From NCBI GenBank assembly GCA_038231275.1, contig JBBRLQ010000009.1:96001-160000 (forward strand): DNA of 64,000 nucleotides, in the 5' to 3' direction. The position numbers were made by a program, and so were the translations under genes. The stretch comes from Polyangiales bacterium. Lineage in GTDB: Bacteria > Myxococcota_A > Polyangia > Polyangiales > Polyangiaceae. Position 1 is the stretch's first letter; each line of letters opens with the position of its first letter. Below the pieces are notes generated by a model that was not told the DNA's origin, did not search any database, and saw only the letters and a list, made by a program, of their open reading frames with translations. Shown one piece after another: positions 28,196 to 37,931 of this stretch.

Positions 28196-29706
28196 TTCGT
28201 CACCGCCACGGTCAGCCACAGCATCCCGCGGAAACGCTGCCCGACGAGCCTGTTCATCGAGTGATCGAACTCGAACGACGCACGCGCGCGCGGGGCGAAG
28301 ATGTAGCCGACGCCGGCCATGTACGCGAAGCTCGTCGCGCTGCGATCGGGGCGCAGCTTGTCCTCCCACTGGAAGAGCGACGTGCGCGCGGAGAAGAGGT
28401 AGCGCGTCTCGACCGTCCGTTCGCCGTAAATTTCGCCTCCGGCGCGATCGCCGCCGTCGCCGAAGTTGCCGGTCGCGCGCGCGCCGTAGATGCCTGCGCC
28501 GCTGCGGTAGCGCGCGCCGAGGGTGCCGCCCTCGTCGAACGGGGTGCCGTTGGACGGGTAGTAGTTGGGGTTCACCTGCGAGGTGATGTTGGGCGACGAG
28601 GTGTTCGAGTCGGACGACGTGCGGACGTTGTACATGCGCGCGTGCGCGGAGCCGGAGAGGGAGAGCTTCTCGCTCGCGTCGTAGACGCCGCGGATGCCGA
28701 AGTCGTTCATCGGCTCGCTCGCGAAGAAATTCCAGATCGAGTCGGCGTCGAACGTCGGCTGGTAGAAGTCGTAGTCGAGGCTCAAGGTGAGCCTGCGCGT
28801 CACGAAGGCGTCGACCGACGCGAAGACGCTCGCGAACTTCGCGAGGTACATGTCGTAGGCGAGGCCGCCCTTGAAGCCGCCGTAGTCGGCGTGCGTCGCG
28901 TCGATCGAGTAGCCGAGGCGCTCGCTCGAGACGCGTGAGCCGTTGTAGGTGACGGGCGTGGTGAGGCCGCTGGCGAACTGGGACGTGTTCACCTCGCCGG
29001 TGTTGAGGACGCGGCGGTACGACAAGCGGCCGTGCAGCCACGAGACGCCCGCGCTCTCCGCGGCGACGCCGATGGCCGGCGCGACGTCGCTCGGCTGGTA
29101 CGACGGGTACATCGACGGATCGAAATTCGAGCGATCGCCGCGCCACACGCCTTCACGCTCCCAGCGGGGCGTCGACAGCGGCATGCCGCCGCGCACCTCG
29201 AGGCCACCGTACGCCTCGACCGCCACGAACACGGGCGTGGTGACCTTGACCGACGCGCCGTCGAAGCTCCACCAGCCGAGCGCGTCGGTCGTGTATTGGC
29301 GACCGAGTTTGAAGCCGAGCCAACCCTTGAAGAAGCGGCGCCCTTCGACGTAGCCGTACATCAGGTCGACGGGGCCGCGCGTGAAGCCGGGGGTGTAGCG
29401 CGCGTAGTTGCCGGCGTCCTCTTCGGCGGAGCTCGCGCCGTAGTCGGCGTCGTAGCGCATGCGTGCGCGGAACGAGAGCTCGGGGCCGAGCGAGCCGTCG
29501 AGGGGCCGCTCGAACCAGAGGTTGTACGCGGCGACGCCCAGGGAGGTGGTGAAGCGGCGGCGCGACACGATGGTCTCGCCGGTGGGGCTGCGCATGTCGT
29601 AAAATTGGGTGGTCGTGTTGCTCGAGACCTCCACGTCCGCGGCGCGCGCGGGGGAGGCGGCAAACACCGCGACGGCGAGAATGGGGCTGACCCTGACGAG
29701 GCGCAT
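28192..29706 (-). CDS. Putative outer-membrane beta-barrel protein
   Basis: Signal peptide (ARA-A), alternating Tyr/Phe/Gly-rich beta strands, KLGRQY motif, no internal TM helices. Confidence 0.75.
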   Translation of the reverse strand: MRLVRVSPILAVAVFAASPARAADVEVSSNTTTQFYDMRSPTGETIVSRRRFTTSLGVAAYNLWFERPLDGSLGPELSFRARMRYDADYGASSAEEDAGNYARYTPGFTRGPVDLMYGYVEGRRFFKGWLGFKLGRQYTTDALGWWSFDGASVKVTTPVFVAVEAYGGLEVRGGMPLSTPRWEREGVWRGDRSNFDPSMYPSYQPSDVAPAIGVAAESAGVSWLHGRLSYRRVLNTGEVNTSQFASGLTTPVTYNGSRVSSERLGYSIDATHADYGGFKGGLAYDMYLAKFASVFASVDAFVTRRLTLSLDYDFYQPTFDADSIWNFFASEPMNDFGIRGVYDASEKLSLSGSAHARMYNVRTSSDSNTSSPNITSQVNPNYYPSNGTPFDEGGTLGARYRSGAGIYGARATGNFGDGGDRAGGEIYGERTVETRYLFSARTSLFQWEDKLRPDRSATSFAYMAGVGYIFAPRARASFEFDHSMNRLVGQRFRGMLWLTVAVTK

Positions 29707-29710
29707 CCGG

Positions 29711-30157
29711 CTACTGATCCGAAGCCCGCGCGCCGCCGAACTCGGCGACCAGCTTGTCATCGAACGTGTCCGCCACGGCCGAGACCTGACGGATCATCTG
29801 CTCGACCTCCCCTTGATCGAGCCCCTCGGTGGGACGCTCGCTCAGCGCCACGATGCGCTCGCCGATCTTGCCAAACGCGCTATTTCCGAGCCCGTTCGCG
29901 TTCAGCTCGAGGAGCCGGACGAAGAGCGCCTCGCGCTTCGGGGCCTCCGGCATCGTCATCACCGGGGAGACCACTCGGAGGAAAATCTGCCTCTGCGGCT
30001 CGCGACGGGCCAGCGCGATCAAGATCTGCGCGCTGCCGCGCTTCAGCGACCAGCTCGCGACGTCGGGCGCGTCTTTGCCTCGGACGGTGTCCGGATCGAC
30101 GCCGATCTTCTTGAGCGCCTCGTCCACGAGGCCCTTTGCAGTCGCGAAATCGTCCAC
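29711..30157 (-). CDS. YbjN/CesT-like (T3SS chaperone fold) protein
   Basis: W...GSA...LFVRLLELNA...AF...LD..EV...ADTFDD.L..EFGG pattern. Confidence 0.75.
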   Translation of the reverse strand: MDDFATAKGLVDEALKKIGVDPDTVRGKDAPDVASWSLKRGSAQILIALARREPQRQIFLRVVSPVMTMPEAPKREALFVRLLELNANGLGNSAFGKIGERIVALSERPTEGLDQGEVEQMIRQVSAVADTFDDKLVAEFGGARASDQ

Positions 30158-30204
30158 GCCGCCTCCGTTTGCTTTCGCGAGAATCGAAGGCCCGGCGCTG
30201 GAAG

Positions 30205-31911
30205 TCAATCGGCTTTCGGGGAACGCCCGTCGAGGACCTCGCGGATCTTGAGCCACATGGCCTCGAGGGTGAAGGGCTTGGCGAGGTAGGGGGCGCTCGG
30301 GTCGAAACCCGCCGTGCCCTGCGGATCGCCGGACATGTAGATCGCGCGCGTCTCGGGGCGGACCGTCGCGAGGCGGCGGACGAGCTCGACTCCGCCCATC
30401 CCTGGCATGCGCAAATCGGTGAGCACGACGTCGACGGGTCCCTCTTGCTCCGCGCACGCGCGGAGCGCGTCCTCGCCGCTCTCGGCCGTGAGGACCCGAT
30501 AACCCGCGGTCCGCAGGCTGCGTTCGAGCGCGACGCGAACCGGCCGGCTGTCCTCGACCAGGAGCACCGTCTCGCCGCGTCCGCGCATCGGGCTGGGGCG
30601 CGGAACGAGCGAGACGGGCGAAGGAGGCCCAGCGCACGGCAGGTAAATCGTCACTGCGGTCCCGCGGCCGGGCCCCGTCGTCACGGCGATGTCGCCACCG
30701 CCTTGCTTCACGATGCCGTAGACCGTGGAGAGCCCGAGGCCAGTCGAGGCGCCGCCTTTCGTCGTGAAGAACGGTTCGAACATTCGGGACCGCGTCGCGT
30801 CGTCGATGCCCGCGCCCGTATCGCGAACGGTGATCTTGACGTAGACGCCGGGCGGCGCACCGAAAATCCGCGCGCTGCGCTCGGCGTCGAGAGCGGCGTT
30901 CGCGGTCTCGATCGTGACCGTCCCGTGTCCATCGACGAGCGCGGCACCGGCGTTGCCCACGAGGTTCATGAGCACCTGCTCGACTTGCGCGGCGTCGGCT
31001 TTGACGATGCGGAGATCCCGAGCGAGCGACTGCACGAGCTCGGCGTTGGCCCCGATGAGGCCGCGCAGCACCGGCGAGAGGAGCGTCGTCAGCGAGTTGA
31101 GGTCGAGGCGCGTCGGTCGAACGGGCTGCCGTCTCCCGAACGCCAGCAGCTGCTGCGTGAGCGCGCCGGCGCGCTGCGACGCGATCGCGATGTCGCGCAC
31201 CGCCGCATACGCCGCGTGGCTCTCGGCAAGGCACTCGGTCGCGTAGCCGGCGCTGCTCATGATCGCCGTCAGCAGGTTGTTGAACTCGTGCGCGACTCCG
31301 CCGGCCAACCGACCTACGGCATCCATCTTCTGTGCGACCCCGAGCTGCTCTTCGGCCCGCCGTTGCGCCGTAACGTCCGCCAAGATGACGCGGCACTCCT
31401 GCCCACCGTCCGCCGGCGCGAGCGTGCACCGGAGGCGCAGCGCCTCGGCTGCTTCGGCGGCGTCCGTGGCGAGGCTCGCCTCACTGGTCGTCTCGACGCC
31501 GTCCGCGAACGTCTTGTCGAGGGCGACCGCGAGCTCGGGCCGGTCCCGCGCGTCGAAGAAGAGGACGAGGCGTCGCTCGAGGAGTCGCGAGCGCTCCCCG
31601 CCCAGCATGCGCGCCGCGGCGAGGTTCAGCCTCGAAATCGATCCGTCGCGTCCAACCGAGAGGTAACCCACCGGCGCGAAGTCGTAGAGGCTCGCGTAGT
31701 CGGCGAGGCTCGCCTCGAGATCGGTCCGCGCGGCGACGAGCTCCTCGTTCTGGATCTCGAGCTCGATCTCGTGGACCTGGAGCTCGTGAACCAGTCGGCG
31801 CAGATCCGCGACGCGGGGACGAGCGGCGGTCGTCGCGCGCGCACGCATGCGCTCCTCCGCTCTCTGCCGGAGCGTGCTCGCCTTCGCGTCCCGCGGCCGG
31901 GCCTTCTTCAC
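30205..31911 (-). CDS. PAS hybrid histidine kinase
   Basis: LVHELQVHEIELEIQNEEL coil, LYDFAPVGY PAS, AHEFNNLL, FEPFFTTK, REC; GTGA overlap with the CheB/CheR stop. Confidence 0.92.
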   Translation of the reverse strand: MKKARPRDAKASTLRQRAEERMRARATTAARPRVADLRRLVHELQVHEIELEIQNEELVAARTDLEASLADYASLYDFAPVGYLSVGRDGSISRLNLAAARMLGGERSRLLERRLVLFFDARDRPELAVALDKTFADGVETTSEASLATDAAEAAEALRLRCTLAPADGGQECRVILADVTAQRRAEEQLGVAQKMDAVGRLAGGVAHEFNNLLTAIMSSAGYATECLAESHAAYAAVRDIAIASQRAGALTQQLLAFGRRQPVRPTRLDLNSLTTLLSPVLRGLIGANAELVQSLARDLRIVKADAAQVEQVLMNLVGNAGAALVDGHGTVTIETANAALDAERSARIFGAPPGVYVKITVRDTGAGIDDATRSRMFEPFFTTKGGASTGLGLSTVYGIVKQGGGDIAVTTGPGRGTAVTIYLPCAGPPSPVSLVPRPSPMRGRGETVLLVEDSRPVRVALERSLRTAGYRVLTAESGEDALRACAEQEGPVDVVLTDLRMPGMGGVELVRRLATVRPETRAIYMSGDPQGTAGFDPSAPYLAKPFTLEAMWLKIREVLDGRSPKAD

Positions 31912-34496
31912 GACTTGCCCTTCCGCCGGAGATTGGCCTCGAGCGCCTTCGCCGCACTGATGTCGAGGAACGTGATGACGGCGCCGTCGATCCGGTTGTC
32001 GAGGGTGCGGTACGGCATGATGCGCACGGTGAACCACCGCCCGTCCTTGGTGCCGACCTGCTTCTCGGCCGAGACGAGGCGTCGCAGCACCTCGCGCGCG
32101 TCATCGTGAAGATCCGGGTAAATGAAATCCTGAGCGAGATCGGTGATGGGCCGGCCGGCGTCGCTCGGGATGAGCTTGATGAGCTTCGCCATCTGGGTCG
32201 TGAAGCGCCGCACGTTGAGATCGCCGTCGAGGAAGAGCGTCGCGATGTCGGTGCTGTCGAGGAGGTTCTTCATGTCGCTGCTGGCGCGGAGCAGCTCGTC
32301 CACCTTCGCTTGCAGCTCGTGGTTCAGGGACTGAAGCTCCTCGTTCATCGACTGCATCTCTTCTTTCGACGTCGTCAGCTCCTCGTTCGTGGACTGGAGC
32401 TCCTCGTTCGCCGACTGGAGCTCTTCGTTGGTGGAGGTCAGCTCCTCGGCGGCGATCTGCATCTCCTCGCGCGTCGCGTGCAGCTCATCGCGCGCCACGC
32501 GGAGCTCGCTCTCGCGCGTCGCGCCGCGAGCCCCCCTGAGCCGCTCGGGGGGCGGCGCCGCGGGCTTTCCAACCTCCGCGAAGAGGACCATCGCCGTGCC
32601 GCGCAAGGACGGCGGCTCCTTCAGCGGCTCGATCGTGACGTCAACGCGCCGCGCGCGGTCCATCCTCACGCCCGTAGCAATGACCGTCTGCTTCTTGCGA
32701 AACGCCTTGCGGAAGGCGGGCTCAAGCGCGTTGGCGAGGCCTCCGCGCGCCATCGCGAAGACGTTCCAGTTGGCCTTCCCCGCCGCCGGCTCGAGGAACG
32801 CGCCGATCCTGCCGCTGATGTAGAGGACGTCCCCGCGATCGTTCGCGAGGACGGCCGCTGGACCGAAGCGCTGGAGCAGCAGCCGATCGGCTTGCGACTG
32901 GAACGAGGGCTGCATCGCCTGGATCTCGGCCGCGGCCGAGACGCGTGCTCGTGGGAGCGGAGTAGGAGAAGAAGGGACCTCGGGACGGGAGGCGGCGCGG
33001 CCCTGCTCGAGGCGATGGTAGACGCGGCTCCGGTGCCCTTCCTGCGCGAACAGCCCCGTGAAGCCGCCGACCGTCTCCGACGTCCCGAGGACGAGCACCC
33101 CGCCGGGCCTCAGGCTGTAGTGAAAGAGAGGCAGGAGCTTCTGCTGGAGCGCCGGGCTCAAGTAGATGAGGACGTTCCTGCACACGAGGAGATCGAGCTT
33201 CGTGAATGGCGGGTCCTGGATGACGTTCTGGACCGCGAAGACGATCCGCTCGCGGACCTCCGCGTTGACGCGGTACCCGCGCGGATCGGCGACGAAGAAA
33301 CGGCGCAGTCGTTCGGGCGAGACCTCGGCGGCGATGCTCGCGGGATACACGCCCTGGCGCGCGCGCTCGATCGCGTCGGGATCGAGATCGGTCGCGAAGA
33401 CCTGGAGCATCAGCTTTCGCGGCGGCTCGAGCGCGGCGATCGCCTCTCTCAGGACGATGGCGAGGGTGTACGCCTCCTCGCCCGTCGAGCAGCCGGTGAC
33501 CCACGCGCGGACGGTGGAGCCCGCCGCGCGCGCGCCGAGGAGCGTCGGGAGCACGTCGCCTCGAAGCTTCTCCCAGACGTCGGGATCGCGGAAAAACGAG
33601 GTCACGCCGATGAGGAGCTCCCGGAACAGGAGCTGCAGCTCCTTCGGGTTGTCGCGGAGGTACCGGAGGTATGCCGGGAGCGCGTCGAGCTGGTGGAGCC
33701 CCATTCGTCGCTCGATGCGCCGGTAGATCGTATTCCGCTTGTACAGCGAGAAGTCGTGGCCGGTCTCCGCTTGGAGCAAGCCGACGATCTGCTCGATGGC
33801 GCTCTTCGCCGCGGCCTCGAGCGAAGCGTTCGACGCGGGCGACGGAGTGGGTGCGCGCCGGCCGCCAAGAATCCGCTGCACGAGCTCGTGGGCTGGCGCG
33901 ACCCCATCGACCTGCCCCGCGTCGATGGCGCTCCGTGGCATGCTGTCGAACTTCGCGGAGGCGGGCGTCTCCGCGAAGGTCCGCCCGCCCTTCTCTTTGA
34001 TCGCGCGGAGGCCGAGCGTGCCGTCCGAGCCCATGCCGGACAGGATCACGCCGACCGCGTGCTCTCCTTGATCCTCGGCGAGCGTTTGGAAAAACGAGTC
34101 GATGGGCAGGCGACGTCCGCGCGCGCCCGCGGGAGCGAGCAGATGGAGTGAGCCGTGCCGGATCGCGAGATCTTTGTTCGGCGGGATGACGTACACGTTG
34201 CCCGGCTCCACCCGCGAACCGTCGCGCGCTTGCGCCACCGGCATCGCGCTGACGCGTTGGAGGAGCTCGACGAGGAGCCCCTTGTGCGTCGGGTCCATGT
34301 GCTGCACGACGACGAACGCGAGGCCGCAGGCCTGCGGCACGTTCTCGAAAAAGCGCTCGAGGGCTTCGAGGCCGCCCGCCGACGCTCCGATCCCGACGAC
34401 CGCAAACGCGTGCGGAACGGACGTCCTCGCGATGGGCTTTCGCGACGCGGTTCGCGCGCGGCGCGCTCGTGCATCGGGCCTGTCGGACTTCCTCAC
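31908..34496 (-). CDS. CheB methylesterase-CheR methyltransferase-PAS fusion
   Basis: GASAGG, VQHM, GMGSDG (CheB triad); GVTSFFRD, GCSTGEEAY, CRNVLIY (CheR); NEELQS heptads; start 34496 or 34526. Confidence 0.93.
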   Translation of the reverse strand: MRKSDRPDARARRARTASRKPIARTSVPHAFAVVGIGASAGGLEALERFFENVPQACGLAFVVVQHMDPTHKGLLVELLQRVSAMPVAQARDGSRVEPGNVYVIPPNKDLAIRHGSLHLLAPAGARGRRLPIDSFFQTLAEDQGEHAVGVILSGMGSDGTLGLRAIKEKGGRTFAETPASAKFDSMPRSAIDAGQVDGVAPAHELVQRILGGRRAPTPSPASNASLEAAAKSAIEQIVGLLQAETGHDFSLYKRNTIYRRIERRMGLHQLDALPAYLRYLRDNPKELQLLFRELLIGVTSFFRDPDVWEKLRGDVLPTLLGARAAGSTVRAWVTGCSTGEEAYTLAIVLREAIAALEPPRKLMLQVFATDLDPDAIERARQGVYPASIAAEVSPERLRRFFVADPRGYRVNAEVRERIVFAVQNVIQDPPFTKLDLLVCRNVLIYLSPALQQKLLPLFHYSLRPGGVLVLGTSETVGGFTGLFAQEGHRSRVYHRLEQGRAASRPEVPSSPTPLPRARVSAAAEIQAMQPSFQSQADRLLLQRFGPAAVLANDRGDVLYISGRIGAFLEPAAGKANWNVFAMARGGLANALEPAFRKAFRKKQTVIATGVRMDRARRVDVTIEPLKEPPSLRGTAMVLFAEVGKPAAPPPERLRGARGATRESELRVARDELHATREEMQIAAEELTSTNEELQSANEELQSTNEELTTSKEEMQSMNEELQSLNHELQAKVDELLRASSDMKNLLDSTDIATLFLDGDLNVRRFTTQMAKLIKLIPSDAGRPITDLAQDFIYPDLHDDAREVLRRLVSAEKQVGTKDGRWFTVRIMPYRTLDNRIDGAVITFLDISAAKALEANLRRKGKS

Positions 34497-34606
34497 CGCG
34501 TCCCTACCCCTTTTGATCGGCCCCATGCCGCGCCCCGGCGAGAACTGTACTCGCTTTGGGCGAAGCGCGCGCTGCTCTCTCGGCGCTCGCCTGATACCCT
34601 TCCTGA

Positions 34607-35752
34607 GTGTCGACCCTCGAGTCCTCTGCCTCAACCCTCCGGCGTGCGATCGCGTCTGCGAGTCGCGGCCTCGTCGAGCGCGAGGCCCTCGTCGAGCTCA
34701 TCGCGCTCTCGGCTGTCGCCGGCGAGCACATGCTCGTGGTGGGGCCGCCGGGTACGGCGAAGAGCGAGGCCGTCCGTCGCATCGCCGGCGCGTTCGGGGG
34801 CAGGTACTTCGAGTACTTGCTGGGTCGGTTCACCGAGCCGAGCGAGATCTTCGGCCCGGTCGATCTGCGAAAGTTGCGCGAGGGGACCGTGGAGACGGAG
34901 ACGCGCGGGATGCTCCCCGAGGCGGAGATCGCCTTTCTCGACGAGGTGTTCCTCGGCTCGACGGCCATCCTGAACACGCTCCTCGGCGTCCTGAACGAAC
35001 GGACGTTCCGTCGCGGTCACACGCAGCTCGCGTGCCCGCTGCGTGTGTGCGTCGGCGCGTCGAACCAGCTCCCGGAGGACGAGATGCTGGCGGCGTTCGC
35101 CGATCGCTTCCTCGTGCGCGCGTTCGTGGAGCCGATCGCCGACGCGCGGATCGAGGATCTCCTGGAGGGCGCGTGGGCGATGGGGCAGAGCCCGAGAAAG
35201 GTGCATTCTGCACCGATGCTCGACGACCTCGACACGCTGGCGCGTGCGGCCGGCGCGGCGGACATGACCGGCGTACGCGACACGCTCGCGCACGCGCTTC
35301 GGAAGCTGCGCGCGGCGGGGATCGTGCTGTCGGATCGGCGCGCGACCAAGATTCAGCGGCTCGTCGCTGCGGCCGCCGCGCTGGCGGGGCGAGCGACACC
35401 AACCGGCGCCGATCTCTGGCCGATCGTGTACGCGGTACCGACGGAGCCGGCGCAGCGGACCGCCCGTGAGGCGCTGCGTGCGTTGCTCGAGGCGTCGGAG
35501 AACACGGCGCTCCAGTCGGCGGCGCTCGAGGCTTCGCAAGGCCCGCGCGCGCGGGCGACGCGCATCGTGACCGCCGGTCGCGCGCTCCTCGCCGAGGCGT
35601 CGCCCGGGGCCGGCGACGGCGCGGCAGAGGGCAGGCGGCTCAAGGTCGAGGGCATCCTCCGCGAGATCGACGCGGCGTTCGGCGAGGAGCAGCTCACCGA
35701 GGATCTGCGCACGCTGCGCGCGGATCTCGCCCGTACACTGCCCTCGTCGTGA
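34607..35752 (+). CDS. MoxR/RavA-like AAA+ ATPase
   Basis: Walker A GPPGTAKS, RFTEPSEIFGP, Walker B FLDEVF, ASN, DRF, LSDRR. Confidence 0.92.
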   Translation: MSTLESSASTLRRAIASASRGLVEREALVELIALSAVAGEHMLVVGPPGTAKSEAVRRIAGAFGGRYFEYLLGRFTEPSEIFGPVDLRKLREGTVETETRGMLPEAEIAFLDEVFLGSTAILNTLLGVLNERTFRRGHTQLACPLRVCVGASNQLPEDEMLAAFADRFLVRAFVEPIADARIEDLLEGAWAMGQSPRKVHSAPMLDDLDTLARAAGAADMTGVRDTLAHALRKLRAAGIVLSDRRATKIQRLVAAAAALAGRATPTGADLWPIVYAVPTEPAQRTAREALRALLEASENTALQSAALEASQGPRARATRIVTAGRALLAEASPGAGDGAAEGRRLKVEGILREIDAAFGEEQLTEDLRTLRADLARTLPSS

Positions 35753-36162
35753 AGCTCGCGTGGGGACTTCGTGAGCCACCGCTCGGCGCGACGGCGGCCG
35801 CAGCAGAAGGGGACGCGGCGCGCGCGATGGCCAAGCGCTTGATGGCGCGTGCGCCCGCTGACCTCGCGCGCCTGCGCGGCGTGGCGTCGACGTCGGTGCT
35901 CGTCGTCCTCGGCGAGGCGGACGATCTCCCGTGGGTGGAGGGGGCGAGCTACCTCGGTCGCGATCCGATCGCGCCGTCGCTTTGGTTGCCGACGACGCGC
36001 GCGCCGAGCGTCTCGGCCGCGTTGCTCGAGCGCGCGCTCGTTCATTTGCCGTCGCGGGGTCCATGCGCGGTGCTCCTCGCGCCGTCGCGCATCGTGCCGC
36101 TCTCGGCGGCGCGCCCCGTCGTGCACGAGCGCTTGGCGGCGTTCCTCGCGGAGGCGTCGTAG
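35749..36162 (+). CDS. Small ternary-system component (bpX5-like)
   Basis: GTGA-coupled to the ATPase; W..REPPL...LPWVEGASYLGRDP.AP.LWLPT. Confidence 0.7.
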   Translation: MKLAWGLREPPLGATAAAAEGDAARAMAKRLMARAPADLARLRGVASTSVLVVLGEADDLPWVEGASYLGRDPIAPSLWLPTTRAPSVSAALLERALVHLPSRGPCAVLLAPSRIVPLSAARPVVHERLAAFLAEAS

Positions 36163-37931
36163 TGCGCCTCCCTCGCGCGCTCGCGGCGTGGGAGGCGGAG
36201 CTCTCGCTGTTTCCGGAGGAGGTGGCGCTGGGCCTCGGTGGTGTCGTCGCGCGCCTCGCGCTCGCGATCGGACCGATGCGGGCGCGCGCGCAGCGGGGCC
36301 TCGGCACGCCCGACGGGTACGACGGCCTCTCCCGCCGCGGTGACTACGCGCGCCTCGTCATGACCGAGTGGCTGCTCGCCGACGAGATCCCCGAGGAGTT
36401 CGTGCGCCGCGTGGCGATGGGTGAGCACGCGTTCCTGGCGCGCGCGTTCGAGCAGCCGGCCTCGTCGCGGAGGAGCGTGGTGCTCTTCGACGCCGGCCCG
36501 GAGCAGCTCGGGGCGCCGCGCGTCGCGCAGCTGGCGGCGCTCGTCACGTTCGCGCAGCGTGCCGCCGATGCGCGAGCAGAGCTGGCGTGGGGGACGTTGC
36601 AAGCGCATCACGCCTCACTCGCCGAGGCGGTGACGCCGGCCGGCGTCGCGGCGCTCCTCGATGCACGGACGCGGAACCTCGCGCGGGCGGCCGATGTCGA
36701 GGTCGCGGTACGCCGGGCGGGAGCTCGTGGGGCGCACGACGAGCTGTGGATCGTGGGCAGCGCGGCGCTCGCCGAGGCGGCGGCGCGTGTCGGCGCGTCG
36801 TTCGTTCAGATCGACGACGTCCTCGAGCCAGAGGCCCACGAGCTGCGCGTGCGCGTCGTCCCTTCGCGCGGCGCCGAGCGGGGTGTCGTCCTCGAGCTCC
36901 CGTCCCCCCAAGTGACGACGCGGCTGCTCCGCGACCCGTTCCAGGTGGCGACGTCCACGGCGACCGGCGCCGATCATGCGCCGTCGCGCGCGCCCGGCAA
37001 CGTTGTCTTCTCCGCCGACGGGCGGAAGATCTTCGCGCGGACCGACGACGGGAGCCTCCTCTCCCTCGCGCTCCCCGGCTCGCCGCGCGCGGCCCCTGCC
37101 CCCGTCGCGCGTTATCGTCCTCCGTCCGGTCAGCGCGTCGTCGCCGCGGGATGGTCGCGCTCGCAGAAGCGCGTCCAGGTGATGACGCAAAAAGGTGACG
37201 GCGCGATGGTGCTGCACACGCTCTCGCGTCGCGGGAGCCAGTCCATCTCGGAGACGAGCTTCGCCGCCCTCGATCCGCCGGCTCCGGCGGGAGATCTCGC
37301 GGCGCTCTACCGTGAGCGGGAGGGCGCGATGTGCATGCTCGATGCGTGCGGGCGCCTCCTACGTCTGAACAAAGAGGCGGACGTCGACTGGATCAGCGTG
37401 GTCGCCGTCGTGTCGGGCTCCGGCCGCAGCGAGTGCGCCGCGATCGCGCTCGGTGAGTTCGTCGAGCTCGTGACGAAGCAGGGAGACGCGCCGGTCTCGA
37501 CGGTGCGCGTCCCGGTGCAGCTCGCGCGCGCGCCACGCGTCTTCTTCGGCGCGCGGCCGCCTCGGTGGCTCGCGGTGGTGGAGACCGGCGAGGACGAGTG
37601 GACCCTCGTGCGTCCGGAGCCAGGAGACGCGATCCGCGAGCGATGGGTCGTCCCCGCCGGGCGCGAGGTCTGCGGAGTGCTCGAGACCGAGTGGGCGCCG
37701 CCGAAGCCCGCGCTCGTGATGCTCGACGGCGAAGGTCAGGCGCTCCGGCTGTTTCGGCCGGAGGGCACCGAGCAGATCGTCACCTCGGAGCCGCGCATCC
37801 TGCACGCGACGGTGAGCCCGGGCGCCCGCGACATCGCGTACGGCACGGAGCGCGGCGAGCTCGTCGTCCACTCGCTCGCGGCGCGTGCCGTGATCGCGCG
37901 CATCGCGCCGAGCGCGCCCGAGGCGAAATGA
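36162..37931 (+). CDS. ViaA-like/degenerate vWA domain plus beta-propeller protein
   Basis: GTG overlaps upstream TAG; GYDGLSRRG...RLVMTEWLLA..F.RR, then VVLFDAGPEQLGAPR; C-terminal FS.DG/VSPG beta repeats. Confidence 0.7.
   Translation: MRLPRALAAWEAELSLFPEEVALGLGGVVARLALAIGPMRARAQRGLGTPDGYDGLSRRGDYARLVMTEWLLADEIPEEFVRRVAMGEHAFLARAFEQPASSRRSVVLFDAGPEQLGAPRVAQLAALVTFAQRAADARAELAWGTLQAHHASLAEAVTPAGVAALLDARTRNLARAADVEVAVRRAGARGAHDELWIVGSAALAEAAARVGASFVQIDDVLEPEAHELRVRVVPSRGAERGVVLELPSPQVTTRLLRDPFQVATSTATGADHAPSRAPGNVVFSADGRKIFARTDDGSLLSLALPGSPRAAPAPVARYRPPSGQRVVAAGWSRSQKRVQVMTQKGDGAMVLHTLSRRGSQSISETSFAALDPPAPAGDLAALYREREGAMCMLDACGRLLRLNKEADVDWISVVAVVSGSGRSECAAIALGEFVELVTKQGDAPVSTVRVPVQLARAPRVFFGARPPRWLAVVETGEDEWTLVRPEPGDAIRERWVVPAGREVCGVLETEWAPPKPALVMLDGEGQALRLFRPEGTEQIVTSEPRILHATVSPGARDIAYGTERGELVVHSLAARAVIARIAPSAPEAK

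Noticed and set aside
25083..29146. Apparent long N-terminal extensions or fusions in the ORF track (25083-27875, 26831-29146, also 4486-6225, 29711-31429, 37565 start)
   Set aside because: The extensions are off-frame read-through of upstream genes; real starts with signal peptides, RBS or stop-start overlaps lie downstream
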